Shown one piece after another: positions 29,654 to 38,825 of a DNA stretch of 64,000 bases (the stretch's first letter is position 1; each line of letters opens with the position of its first letter). This DNA comes from Pseudomonadales bacterium (GTDB lineage: Bacteria; Pseudomonadota; Gammaproteobacteria; Pseudomonadales; Azotimanducaceae): NCBI GenBank assembly GCA_963664665.2, contig CAXXMH010000001.1, forward strand, positions 55,824-119,823. Direction: 5' to 3'. The notes beneath the pieces were generated by a model. That model worked only from the letters and a program-made list of their open reading frames with translations. It did no database searches and was not told where the DNA came from. The position numbers and the translations under genes were made by a program.

Positions 29654-30474
29654 GCGTTCTCGGATTGGTTGGCTGTGGACTACTCGGCGGCTCATTTGCA
29701 CTCGCAGCTAAAGCAAAAACAAATTTCACAAAGGTGCTTGGTCGCGACTTAGATAGTACCGTAGAACAAGCAGCTAAGAACGTTGGCGTGATCGATGAAG
29801 ACTGGGTGACAGGCAAGCCAGTCGATGCTGTGTGTGTCGCGGTACCTACCGATGCGATTGCTCCAATCGTTGAAGGATTGGCGAAGGAGATTACTTCAGA
29901 GACTCCGATTTTTGACGTTGGCAGTGTCAAAGCGTCGATTCTGAGTGAGCTTGGGGACGTCCCGCCGAATTTCATCCCGTGCCACCCCATTGCGGGCTCG
30001 CATGCAAGCGGTCCTTCAGCTGCTAGAGCGGACTTATTTCAAGGAAGCGTCTGCGTTATCTCGCCGTCACAATCCACGGACGCCAAGCTTCTTGACTCGG
30101 TCGCTAATTGGTGGCGACTCGTTGGCGCACGGGTGATTACCATGCCGGCGAATGATCATGATGAAACGGTCGCGCTCACGTCTCATCTACCACACCTTCT
30201 GAGCGCTGCCGTCGTAGAGCTTCTTTCCGATCAGAAGGGCGCATCGAAGGATCTACTCGGGAATGGCTTTCGGGATTTCTCACGGATCGCCGCCGGTGAT
30301 GCGAAAATGTGGCGTAGTATCTTTGTGGATAACCTCGACAACTTACGAATTAGTTTTCGAGACTTGGCGGCTAATGTCGAGCATATGCTTGCACTCGCGG
30401 AATCCGACCCCGACGGACTTGAGCGCAAGTTACGTCACATCGCTGAATTCCGCGCCGCGATAAATGACAAGTGA
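29650..30474 (+). CDS. tyrA: Prephenate (or arogenate) dehydrogenase, stand-alone (not fused to EPSP synthase)
   Basis: 274 aa. It has a Rossmann N-terminus and the catalytic motif CHPIAGSHASGP. It overlaps hisC by 4 nt. Confidence 0.85.
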   Translation: MSVLGLVGCGLLGGSFALAAKAKTNFTKVLGRDLDSTVEQAAKNVGVIDEDWVTGKPVDAVCVAVPTDAIAPIVEGLAKEITSETPIFDVGSVKASILSELGDVPPNFIPCHPIAGSHASGPSAARADLFQGSVCVISPSQSTDAKLLDSVANWWRLVGARVITMPANDHDETVALTSHLPHLLSAAVVELLSDQKGASKDLLGNGFRDFSRIAAGDAKMWRSIFVDNLDNLRISFRDLAANVEHMLALAESDPDGLERKLRHIAEFRAAINDK

Positions 30475-31201
30475 TAACCCGGTTATCACGATCGATGGTC
30501 CCGCCGCGTCAGGGAAAGGTACGCTAGCGCAACGTCTGAGTGCTGATCTCGGGTTTAACTTACTCGATAGCGGACTGCTCTATCGCATCATTGGCTATAC
30601 AGCGACTCTAGCAAACTGTTCGCTACAGGACGCAGCAGAACTTGACACGTTCATTCGCGAACGTCTTAGTTTCAAGATCAACTTGGAACCAAGTCGTGAT
30701 GTACCGAGCGGTATATACGAGGTCTACATATTCAAGCAGGTCGGAGTTCAAGACGCCGTTAGCATCAACGGCAGAAATGTGAATTTAGATCTAAGAAGTC
30801 ACGAAACCGGTGTGAGCTCCAGCATCGTTTCGTCGATACCTGAAGTCAGGAACCAGCTAATCGAGATTCAAAGGTCAATGAGGACTCCACCTGGGCTCAT
30901 CGCCGATGGACGTGACATGGGAACGGTCGTATTTCCAGATGCGCCGCTCAAGTTCTATCTCGATGCGTCGGTTAAGGTCCGAGCGAAACGCCGTTTAGAT
31001 GAATTGAACTTACCGAGCGATCCATCCTCGCTACGAAATATGGTCGATGAGATACAGCAGCGAGATGATCGCGATCGCAATCGAAGTGTTGCACCACTGA
31101 AGCCGGCTCTCGACGCGCAAGTTCTAAACACGACGGATCTAAACATCGATGAAATGTTCAAAGTTGCGCGAACGACCATTCGAAAGCGACTTTCGATTTA
31201 A
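30464..31201 (+). CDS. cmk: (d)CMP kinase
   Basis: 245 aa. It has the P-loop ITIDGPAASGKGT, the motif DGRDMGTVVFPDA and the LID region RRL. Confidence 0.9.
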   Translation: MTSDNPVITIDGPAASGKGTLAQRLSADLGFNLLDSGLLYRIIGYTATLANCSLQDAAELDTFIRERLSFKINLEPSRDVPSGIYEVYIFKQVGVQDAVSINGRNVNLDLRSHETGVSSSIVSSIPEVRNQLIEIQRSMRTPPGLIADGRDMGTVVFPDAPLKFYLDASVKVRAKRRLDELNLPSDPSSLRNMVDEIQQRDDRDRNRSVAPLKPALDAQVLNTTDLNIDEMFKVARTTIRKRLSI

Positions 31202-31221
31202 CTGTAGAGTTAGTTCGGCGA

Positions 31222-32487
31222 CTACGCGATAGCGTTGCGGATCGCTCGCGTTAACGTAGCTAATTCGTCCGATTCGATGATGTACGGTGGCATCAAATAG
31301 ATCAAGTCGTTGAATGGCCGGATCCAGACTCCATCAGAAACAAACTGTTTTTGTAGTTGCGCTACGTCCACCGGCGTGTGCATCTGTACGACTCCAATTG
31401 CGCCGATGGTTCGTACATCGCGCACGCCACTTATGGATTGAAGCGGAGTAAGTTCCGCTTCGAGTTGGGAGTTTATGGTCGAAACCCTGCTTCGCCAGTT
31501 AGTTTCGGTGAGGAGTTCAATGCTCCTCTTTGCGACAGCACATGCTAGTGGATTAGCCATGAACGTTGGTCCGTGCATGAGAACGCCACCGTCCGCCGAA
31601 ATACCGGTGGCAATCCGCTTGTTTGCGAGGCAGGCTGCAAGCGTCATCGTTCCGCCGGTCAGCGCTTTGCCTACACAGAGGACATCTGGTGCAATGTCGA
31701 CATGGTCAACCGCAAACATCTCGCCGGTACGACCGAATCCGGTGGCAATTTCATCGAACACGAGAACGAGATCGAACTCGTCGCAAAGTTGGCGCGCATG
31801 CTCGAGATACTCGGCAGAATAGAACCACATACCGCCCGCGCCTTGGACGATGGGTTCCAGCACAAGCGCCGCGATCTGGGCATGGTGGGTTTCGACCAGG
31901 CTCGTCAGGTTAATTCGATCGTCGTTATTGAGCTCCTCGCCGAAGCGTGAAGTAGGGCGCGGCGCGAAAAAGTGCTTAGGCAATACGTTCACGAATTTAT
32001 CATGCATGCCGGTGACCGGATCGCATACACTCATCGCTCCGAACGTATCACCGTGATAGCCGCCGGCAATCGTCAGCAATCGATTCTTTTCCGGTCGGTC
32101 ATTTGCAAACCAGTATTGCATGACCATCTTGATTGCGACTTCCATCGCGACGGATCCTGAGTCGGCAAAAAACAACCGATTCAAGCTACGTGGTGTCATA
32201 TCGATCAGCAGTTGGGCGAGTTCAACTGCCGGTGCGTGCGTGATGCCACCGAACATCACGTGTGACATCTTTTGAGTCTGCGCAACGATGGCGCGATTCA
32301 GTTCTGGATGGTTGTATCCATGGATGGCACACCACCAGGAGGACATGCCGTCGATCAATGAGCGCCCATCCTCTAATCGAATCATTACGCCGTCTGCGCT
32401 TACGGCTTCGTAACACGGCAGTGGATCGACCATCGATGTGTACGGATGCCACAAGTGCTCACGATCGAATTCGAGTACGTCTGTCAC
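31222..32487 (-). CDS. bioA: Adenosylmethionine-8-amino-7-oxononanoate aminotransferase
   Basis: 421 aa. It is a class III aminotransferase (DEIATGFGRTG, PLP-Lys in VGKALTGG) and is the last gene of a bioF-bioD-bioA run. Confidence 0.93.
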   Translation of the reverse strand: MTDVLEFDREHLWHPYTSMVDPLPCYEAVSADGVMIRLEDGRSLIDGMSSWWCAIHGYNHPELNRAIVAQTQKMSHVMFGGITHAPAVELAQLLIDMTPRSLNRLFFADSGSVAMEVAIKMVMQYWFANDRPEKNRLLTIAGGYHGDTFGAMSVCDPVTGMHDKFVNVLPKHFFAPRPTSRFGEELNNDDRINLTSLVETHHAQIAALVLEPIVQGAGGMWFYSAEYLEHARQLCDEFDLVLVFDEIATGFGRTGEMFAVDHVDIAPDVLCVGKALTGGTMTLAACLANKRIATGISADGGVLMHGPTFMANPLACAVAKRSIELLTETNWRSRVSTINSQLEAELTPLQSISGVRDVRTIGAIGVVQMHTPVDVAQLQKQFVSDGVWIRPFNDLIYLMPPYIIESDELATLTRAIRNAIA

Positions 32488-33164
32488 GGCAGGAACGCTG
32501 TGATGTTCAGGTGTTTGGCAACCTCGTCTGCTGCGGGAGAAGCTAAATGTGGCACGATCCCAAGGAGCGGAGCGTCGATCCGCCGCATGAGTGTGTCGAG
32601 GTTTTCTTCAGCTACCGCCATCTCTGGTTGCGGAAAGTTGGCTATCCAGCCAACCAATGCCAAACCAGCGGCTTTGATTGCTTGTACGGACAAGAGCGCG
32701 TGATTGATGCAACCCAGCTTCATGCCAACAACAAGCACAACTTCAAGTTTTAAACCTAACGCGAAGTCTTGAAACGTCTCGTACTCGTTGAGAGGAACGA
32801 ACCACCCTCCGGCGCCTTCAAAAATTGCGAGATCCACTGCGTCGGGAAGATCGCGTTCGTAGTGAACTTTTAACACGCGCGAGTTGATGGCAATGTTTGC
32901 TTGTTCTGCGGCGATGTGTGGTGCGATAGCTGGTTCTAGCGCAATCGGATTGACCGTTGCGTAGTCAAGTTCGACATTGCTCGCGAGCATGAGCTGACGC
33001 GCATCGTCATTTACGAGCGCGCCGTCGATCGTCTCACAACCCGCCGCGACTGGTTTTAGACCGACGGTTCTAAGGCCGGCTTGAATCGCCGCACGAACCA
33101 ACCCGGTAGCAACGACGGTTTTACCAATCTCGGTATCGGTGCCGGTAATGAATAGGCGCTTCAT
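32484..33164 (-). CDS. bioD: Dethiobiotin synthase
   Basis: 226 aa. It has the P-loop FITGTDTEIGKT and the motif EGAGGW. Confidence 0.9.
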   Translation of the reverse strand: MKRLFITGTDTEIGKTVVATGLVRAAIQAGLRTVGLKPVAAGCETIDGALVNDDARQLMLASNVELDYATVNPIALEPAIAPHIAAEQANIAINSRVLKVHYERDLPDAVDLAIFEGAGGWFVPLNEYETFQDFALGLKLEVVLVVGMKLGCINHALLSVQAIKAAGLALVGWIANFPQPEMAVAEENLDTLMRRIDAPLLGIVPHLASPAADEVAKHLNITAFLP

Positions 33165-34343
33165 CTATGAACTAGCCACGCTGAGAGCTTCCAACAATCT
33201 GTCGACGTCCGCTTCTGTATGCGCCGCGGTAAACGTGATTCTTAGTCGAGACGTGTTGAGTGGCACCGTCGGGGGACGAATTGGTACAACAAAGCAACCC
33301 TGTTCCTCGAGTGAATGCGCCACTCGCAGCGTCAAATCGGTATCACCGATTAGCAACGGTTGAATAGGAGCACTAGATTTTGGTACCGGTAAGTTCAGCG
33401 CGCTGAGTCCTTCCTGAAATCGCTGGACCAGAGACTTCAATCGTGCGCGCCGCCACGATTCGTTTTCGACGATTTTGAGACTCCGGGATGTCGCACATGC
33501 GAGCGCCGCGGGCATCGCGGTCGTAAAGATGTAGTTTCGTGAGCGTTGTATCAATGTCTCGATCAGTGTGTCTTCGCCCGCTACAAATGCACCTGCCGTT
33601 CCGAAAGACTTACCAAGCGTGCCAATTAATACGGGTACATCTTGGGTCGAATAACGCTTAGGGTCAACCGTACCTTGGCCTCGCTCCCCGTACACGCCAA
33701 TTCCGTGTGCATCGTCGATCTGAAGCCAGCTATCGGTTTGACGCGCGAGCACAACAAGCTCGTCTAGTAGGCATTGATCGCCATCCATGCTGAACACGCC
33801 GTCGCTCACGATCAGTCGCCTGCAAGGTCGTTCAGCCTGATCACTAACTAGGCATCGGAGGTGATCCAAGTCGCGATGTTCAAACCAATGGAAGTCTGCA
33901 CGACTGATCCAACCGCCATCAAGAAGAGATGCATGATTTAGTCGATCTTCAAAAACTTGATCACCGACGGATAGCAGTGCATTGATGACGCCGACGTTTG
34001 CCGCATAACCGCTTCCGTAGAGTAACGCACGAGGTCGACCTACAAATGCAGCGAGTTCTTCCTCAAGTACGTCGTGCGCGGCGGTATGACCGGAGATTAA
34101 GTGTGAAGCACCGCTACCGGTTCCCCACGCTTTTATGCCTGCTTGGAATGCTTCAGCAATCCTGGGATCGTTGGCGAGCCCTAGATAGTCGTTGCTGCTG
34201 TAGTTGAGTAAGGTACGACCATCCACGACGATTTCGCGGTCTTGAGGACTCTGCACGACTCGACGCGTGCGAAATAACTGACGCTGACGTAGCGCATCAA
34301 GTTGTGACTCAAGGTCGTGAAAACCTTGTTGGTGCTTGCTCAT
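33165..34343 (-). CDS. bioF: 8-amino-7-oxononanoate synthase
   Basis: 392 aa. It belongs to the alpha-oxoamine synthase family (DDAHGIGVYG, PLP-Lys in GTLGKSFG). Confidence 0.9.
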   Translation of the reverse strand: MSKHQQGFHDLESQLDALRQRQLFRTRRVVQSPQDREIVVDGRTLLNYSSNDYLGLANDPRIAEAFQAGIKAWGTGSGASHLISGHTAAHDVLEEELAAFVGRPRALLYGSGYAANVGVINALLSVGDQVFEDRLNHASLLDGGWISRADFHWFEHRDLDHLRCLVSDQAERPCRRLIVSDGVFSMDGDQCLLDELVVLARQTDSWLQIDDAHGIGVYGERGQGTVDPKRYSTQDVPVLIGTLGKSFGTAGAFVAGEDTLIETLIQRSRNYIFTTAMPAALACATSRSLKIVENESWRRARLKSLVQRFQEGLSALNLPVPKSSAPIQPLLIGDTDLTLRVAHSLEEQGCFVVPIRPPTVPLNTSRLRITFTAAHTEADVDRLLEALSVASS

Positions 34344-34505
34344 ATCCGGTCAACGTACATACGCGGCATCACAATCGAATCAGCGAGATGGTTCCCATTG
34401 ATGTCACTCGTTGGACTCGACGTGCGTATTCCGCATTCGTGCGGCTAACGCAATCCGCAGAAAGCGCGAACGAGTTATCTACTCAATCCTTAAACTTTAC
34501 GCCGA

Positions 34506-34582
34506 CGGGACGTGGCGCAGTCTGGTAGCGCACGTGACTGGGGGTCACGTGGTCGCCGGTTCGAGTCCGGCCGTCCCGACCA
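34506..34582 (+). tRNA. tRNA-Pro, anticodon GGG
   Basis: I folded a 77-nt cloverleaf by hand. Acceptor stem CGGGACG/CGTCCCG, D stem GCGC/GCGC, anticodon stem CGTGA/TCACG with loop CT-GGG-GG, variable loop TGGTC, T arm GCCGG-TTCGAGT-CCGGC, discriminator A, and an encoded CCA. Confidence 0.92.
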
Positions 34583-36497
34583 CTTTCTCTTTTCTCGCCG
34601 TGAACTCGTAGTCATCTGGATTGAGTTCACGCATCTGGTGCCAGAACTCAACGAGCGATCCTGGCCAGTTCTGCGTGACGCGACCATTTGCATTTTTGTA
34701 CCACGCGTTCACTTTCGACGCACCCCACGCCATTTTCAGGCTTGACTCGTCGATTTTCTCGTTGTAACTCTCGAATGGATCCGGTTTACAGTCCATTGCG
34801 GTGTATCCATGCTTCAGCATATGACGCAGGCACTTGGATACGTAGTGCATCTCGCATTCAGAGAAGAAGATGATGCTACCGTTCACGACGATGTTTGTGT
34901 TCGGTCCGTATAGGCAGAAGAAGTTGGGATAGTTCGGCATGGTGACGCCAAGATAGGCGCGTGGATCTTCATTCCACATCTCGCGCAACTCGGTACCGTC
35001 GCGACCGTAGATACGCATTGGAAACAGAATCTTGCTCGCACTAAATCCGGTCCCATAAATGATGGCGTCGAAATCAAACTGCTCACCCGTCGACGTCCTC
35101 AATCCGGTCTCATTGACACATTCGATCTGGTCGTCGACAACGCGCACGTGATCTTGTTTCAACGCACGGTAATAGTGGCCGTTGTCGATCAACATACGTT
35201 TTGCCGCAGGTGGATACCAAGGTGTGAGCTTTTCGATCAAGTCCGGTCGCCCTTCTAGGTGGGTTTCGATGCCTTGTGTAAGGATTTCTCGCAGCTTTTG
35301 ATTCGCCGGACTTACCGACTGAATGTTGTCATTCCACGAATCGTCGCATCGTGCGAAAGAGAGTAGTCCTTCACCCGAGGTCCAGAACATGTGGAAGCGA
35401 AACCATGATTGATAGTAGGGGACTTGGTTGAGCAGCCAGTGCGTTTCATCGGTGATGTACTCGTGGTACACAGGATTCGTCGCGACCCAGGGTGGGGTTC
35501 GCATGAACACCTTTACATCTGCAGCTTCCTTCACGACTTCCGGCGTAAATTGAAATGCGGAGGCACCGGTACCGATGATGCCGACGCGTTTCCCTCCCAG
35601 CGGGATGGTGTGATCCCACTCAGCTGAATGGAACCAAGGTCCCTTGAAGTCTTCTATACCGTCAAGATCCGGCATCTTGGGCCGATTGAGTTGGCCAGTT
35701 GCGGCGATTACCGCATTTGCGACGGTCGTTTCAACACCGTTTGGTCCCTCAACCTTGATTTCCCAAGTTGAGGTGCCTTCATTGAAGCGTAGTTCTCGCA
35801 CTTCCGTTTCAAAACGGGTGTGTTCCCTCAGACCGTATTCATCTGCAGTCTCCTGGAAGTACCCCAGGAGCGCGTTCCGGTCGGAAAAATGCTGGGGCCA
35901 GTCCTTCGGTTTGAACGAGTATGAATAGACGTGATTCGGGCTATCGACTCGACATCCCGGATACCGGTTCTCGTACCAGGTTCCGCCTACATCAGCATTC
36001 TTCTCGAATATCGTGAAGTCGACACCCAACTCTTGCATTCGGATGCCAGCAAGCAAGCCAGACATACCGCCACCGACGATCGCAACATGGAAATTGCGCG
36101 TAACTGCCGGCTCTAGCGGAGGTTCTTCTTGTTTTGGCGCAATATTGAGTTCATCCAATGCGTACGGGATGTACTCGTTTGTGAGTTCGACACCCGCAAT
36201 GAAATTAATCATGTCGAGGAGTAGCGTTTCGTCGACGGGATGATCTTCGAACCCGTGGTCGCGACCGCGGATCAGCGTTTCTAAAGCCAATTCTTGAATT
36301 CGGGTCTCGATTTCTTCGGGGTAACCTGGCGGTGTACCACCGATCGTCATAGGCGCCGGTTTGATGGATTTATCTAAAAGTGTCGAATCACCTGTTAGAT
36401 GGACTAGAACGTTAATGAGCGACGGTAGATGGGCATGCTGAAGCGCCTGTTCAATTTCCTCGTCGCTGGCATTAATAACGCGAGAAAGCTCACTCAT
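34545..36497 (-). CDS. Baeyer-Villiger (flavin-containing) monooxygenase with an N-terminal extension of about 130 aa (HAPMO-like layout)
   Basis: 650 aa. It has the FAD motif VGGGMSGLLAG, GGTWYENRYPGCRVDSP, the BVMO fingerprint FKGPWFHSAEWDH, and the NADPH motif GIIGTGASA. The last 12 codons plus the stop are encoded on the antisense of tRNA-Pro. Confidence 0.85.
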   Translation of the reverse strand: MSELSRVINASDEEIEQALQHAHLPSLINVLVHLTGDSTLLDKSIKPAPMTIGGTPPGYPEEIETRIQELALETLIRGRDHGFEDHPVDETLLLDMINFIAGVELTNEYIPYALDELNIAPKQEEPPLEPAVTRNFHVAIVGGGMSGLLAGIRMQELGVDFTIFEKNADVGGTWYENRYPGCRVDSPNHVYSYSFKPKDWPQHFSDRNALLGYFQETADEYGLREHTRFETEVRELRFNEGTSTWEIKVEGPNGVETTVANAVIAATGQLNRPKMPDLDGIEDFKGPWFHSAEWDHTIPLGGKRVGIIGTGASAFQFTPEVVKEAADVKVFMRTPPWVATNPVYHEYITDETHWLLNQVPYYQSWFRFHMFWTSGEGLLSFARCDDSWNDNIQSVSPANQKLREILTQGIETHLEGRPDLIEKLTPWYPPAAKRMLIDNGHYYRALKQDHVRVVDDQIECVNETGLRTSTGEQFDFDAIIYGTGFSASKILFPMRIYGRDGTELREMWNEDPRAYLGVTMPNYPNFFCLYGPNTNIVVNGSIIFFSECEMHYVSKCLRHMLKHGYTAMDCKPDPFESYNEKIDESSLKMAWGASKVNAWYKNANGRVTQNWPGSLVEFWHQMRELNPDDYEFTARKEKVVGTAGLEPATT

Positions 36498-36615
36498 TTA
36501 CGCCGTCTTACACTGGATTGAACGAAGCGCGATTATAGGAAGTGATAGCTATTCTGATAGCCGTAAACCGCGAGCCGCCATGTGTGTTTTCCGAGTGAGT
36601 TGCTACCCAGTTCAT

Positions 36616-36708
36616 CGAATTTAGGACAAGCGCGAATTAGCGAATCAGACCTTACTCGCGATTCTCCGATTCGAGCGCGGAATATCGTCTTGGTATCACT
36701 CGAATTAG
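36616..36708. repeat. Cluster of CGAAT(T/C)AG octamers in the BVMO/methyltransferase divergent spacer
   Basis: CGAATTTAG at 36616, CGAATTAG at 36633, CGAATCAG at 36641 and CGAATTAG at 36701. The same octamers form the minus-strand reading of the 3029-3088 repeats. Confidence 0.4.
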
Positions 36709-37019
36709 ATTGCGGCCTAGTTGACTCTTGGGAGGAGGATCGGCACGTTACGTTCATCCATCACAGCAAAACCGAAAACGTGTCAAACCAAGATTGATCT
36801 AAACTAATTAGATGCTCGTTGTATGCTTGTGGCATGGTGTGCTTGTTAGTAACGGTACTTCGCATTAATCGGCTTGGTAAGACGTGCGTCAGGGAGCGAT
36901 ATTTGAACGCAAGTTTTTTAGATCCTGAACAGATGGAGATTGGTTTATTGAGCCAGGTCGAGGGTGGAATATAGCAGTGAATAGAAGCTACACCGACAGT
37001 GGTGTCGCGAAGGTGCGCG

Positions 37020-38819
37020 ATGCATAACTCTTATAACCTCGTGACACGACAATCACCTTCAGAGGGTCGCCAGACTACTCGGCAAGACTTAATTAAAAGT
37101 GTGACTCAAGATCTGCGCATTTCTTCGACCGCTGATTCCGATATAGAACTCAGGACCGCACGTTCAGTTGTATTCCTCGTTGTGCGCTCGTACTGGGAGA
37201 CTACAAGGAAGAACAACAACTGGCAATGGAGTTTGCGAAGAAGGCCGAGCCGCGTGGGGTTCATCGGCCAATCATCTGAAACTGCTGAATGGTGCGCCAA
37301 ATTTGGGAATTCCGCTGCGTATCTCGATCCATCTGAAGCAGCTTATCGTATTGGCGCGCTGTATACGTCGCTGATGCCGAAAGACTACAAGGTGAAATTA
37401 GGCGCGCACTATACACCACCAGCGTTATCGGAGGAGCTGCTCGAGATGGCAGCTGAGAACGGGGTCGACTGGGGTACGGCACGTATTTTGGATCCTGCTT
37501 GCGGTGGGGGTGCGTTTCTAGTTCCAATCGCTCGCCGTATGATCGCAATTCGCGACGCAGCTAGTGCAATCAATGTACTCGAGGACATTGAGCAAAGTCT
37601 AGTGGGCTACGAGTTAGACCCATTCGCGGCATGGTTATCGAAGGTTTTTTTGGATACGGTTTTCGGTGAATTGTGCTACAAAGCAGGTAGGCGTCATCGC
37701 TGTGATGTGGCCATATGTAACAGTCTTGAACGAAATCGAGATAAAGATGGCTTTGATCTTGTGATTGGTAACCCTCCGTACGGTCGAATACGGTTGCCTC
37801 AAAAACTCCGTGCTAAGTTCTCGCGTAGCCTGTTTGGTCATGCGAATCTATACGGTTTGTTTACGGACCAAGCATTAAGACTCACCCGTAAAGGTGGGTT
37901 GATCGCTTACGTTACACCGACGAGCTTTCTCTCAGGAGAATACTTCAAATCGTTGCGTGGTTTGCTCGCCGAAGAAGCCCCTCCTGTAAGTTTGGGGTTT
38001 GTGACTAAAAGGAAAGGCGTATTTGACGATGTTTTGCAAGAAACACTGTTGGCAATTTACAGGCGCACAAGTAATAAAACTGCGGGCGTGGTCCGCCTAA
38101 TCACGCCAAAAGCAAGCGGTGAAGTTGAATCAGTGTTCGCTGGTCGATTCGATCTGCCGGCTGATCCGAAAAGTCCTTGGTTGATTCCCCGAACTAAAAG
38201 ACATAGTGTGTTGTTGCGTCAGACCCGCGATCTGACATGTCGACTCTCCGACTTCGGCTACACCGTGAGCACAGGACCGTTTGTCTGGAACAGACACAAA
38301 CTCAACCTTCGAGCGCGTAGGAGTAGAGGTGCGTACCCCGTCATTTGGGCGGAAGCCATCCGCGCTGAGGGTAAGTTTGAGTTTCGAGCTTCGCAACGAA
38401 ATCACAAACCGTTTTTTAAACCACAACAGCATGAACAATGGGTGGTAACTGACTTCGATTGTGTCCTTCTTCATCGAACAACTGCGATTGAGCAAGATCG
38501 ACGCTTAATCGCTGCTGAGTTACCTAATTCGTTTATTGCCGAACATGGCGCTGTCGTCATAGAAAACCATCTAAATATGGTCAGATCGGTCGTTGAAATG
38601 CCAAAGATCTCGCCTAAAACACTAGCGGCGGTATTAAACAGTTCGGTGGTTGATCAACTGTTTCGTTGCATTAACGGAAGTGTCGCGGTGTCAGCATTCG
38701 AGTTAAAAGCTCTACCTTTGCCTTCACAGGAGGATATGGAAGCGATTGAGTACTTAGTTTCGAGTGGTGCTCAGCGCGAGTATGTAGAGCAAGCCTTGAT
38801 TCGTGCATTCGGAATTTAG
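37020..38819 (+). CDS. N6-adenine DNA methyltransferase, Eco57I/gamma-class type (R-M modification subunit)
   Basis: It has SAM motif I (ILDPACGGGAFLV), catalytic motif IV (VIGNPPYGR), GAHYTPP upstream of these, and a C-terminal region of about 230 aa that could be the target-recognition domain. I prefer the ATG at 37020 (AAGGTG 4 nt upstream) over the listed GTG at 36999. The first ~100 aa look atypical, so the start is uncertain. Confidence 0.85.
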   Translation: MHNSYNLVTRQSPSEGRQTTRQDLIKSVTQDLRISSTADSDIELRTARSVVFLVVRSYWETTRKNNNWQWSLRRRPSRVGFIGQSSETAEWCAKFGNSAAYLDPSEAAYRIGALYTSLMPKDYKVKLGAHYTPPALSEELLEMAAENGVDWGTARILDPACGGGAFLVPIARRMIAIRDAASAINVLEDIEQSLVGYELDPFAAWLSKVFLDTVFGELCYKAGRRHRCDVAICNSLERNRDKDGFDLVIGNPPYGRIRLPQKLRAKFSRSLFGHANLYGLFTDQALRLTRKGGLIAYVTPTSFLSGEYFKSLRGLLAEEAPPVSLGFVTKRKGVFDDVLQETLLAIYRRTSNKTAGVVRLITPKASGEVESVFAGRFDLPADPKSPWLIPRTKRHSVLLRQTRDLTCRLSDFGYTVSTGPFVWNRHKLNLRARRSRGAYPVIWAEAIRAEGKFEFRASQRNHKPFFKPQQHEQWVVTDFDCVLLHRTTAIEQDRRLIAAELPNSFIAEHGAVVIENHLNMVRSVVEMPKISPKTLAAVLNSSVVDQLFRCINGSVAVSAFELKALPLPSQEDMEAIEYLVSSGAQREYVEQALIRAFGI

Positions 38820-38825
38820 ACAGTA

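Noticed and set aside
34344-34505. A BirA/bioO-type operator upstream of bioF.
   Set aside because: I could not find a TTGTAAACC-like inverted repeat or any convincing palindrome in this spacer.
36999-37019. The listed GTG start of the methyltransferase ORF.
   Set aside because: The ATG at 37020 is preceded by AAGGTG at an appropriate distance, whereas the GTG at 36999 has no such signal. The true start is still uncertain, because the first ~100 residues look atypical.
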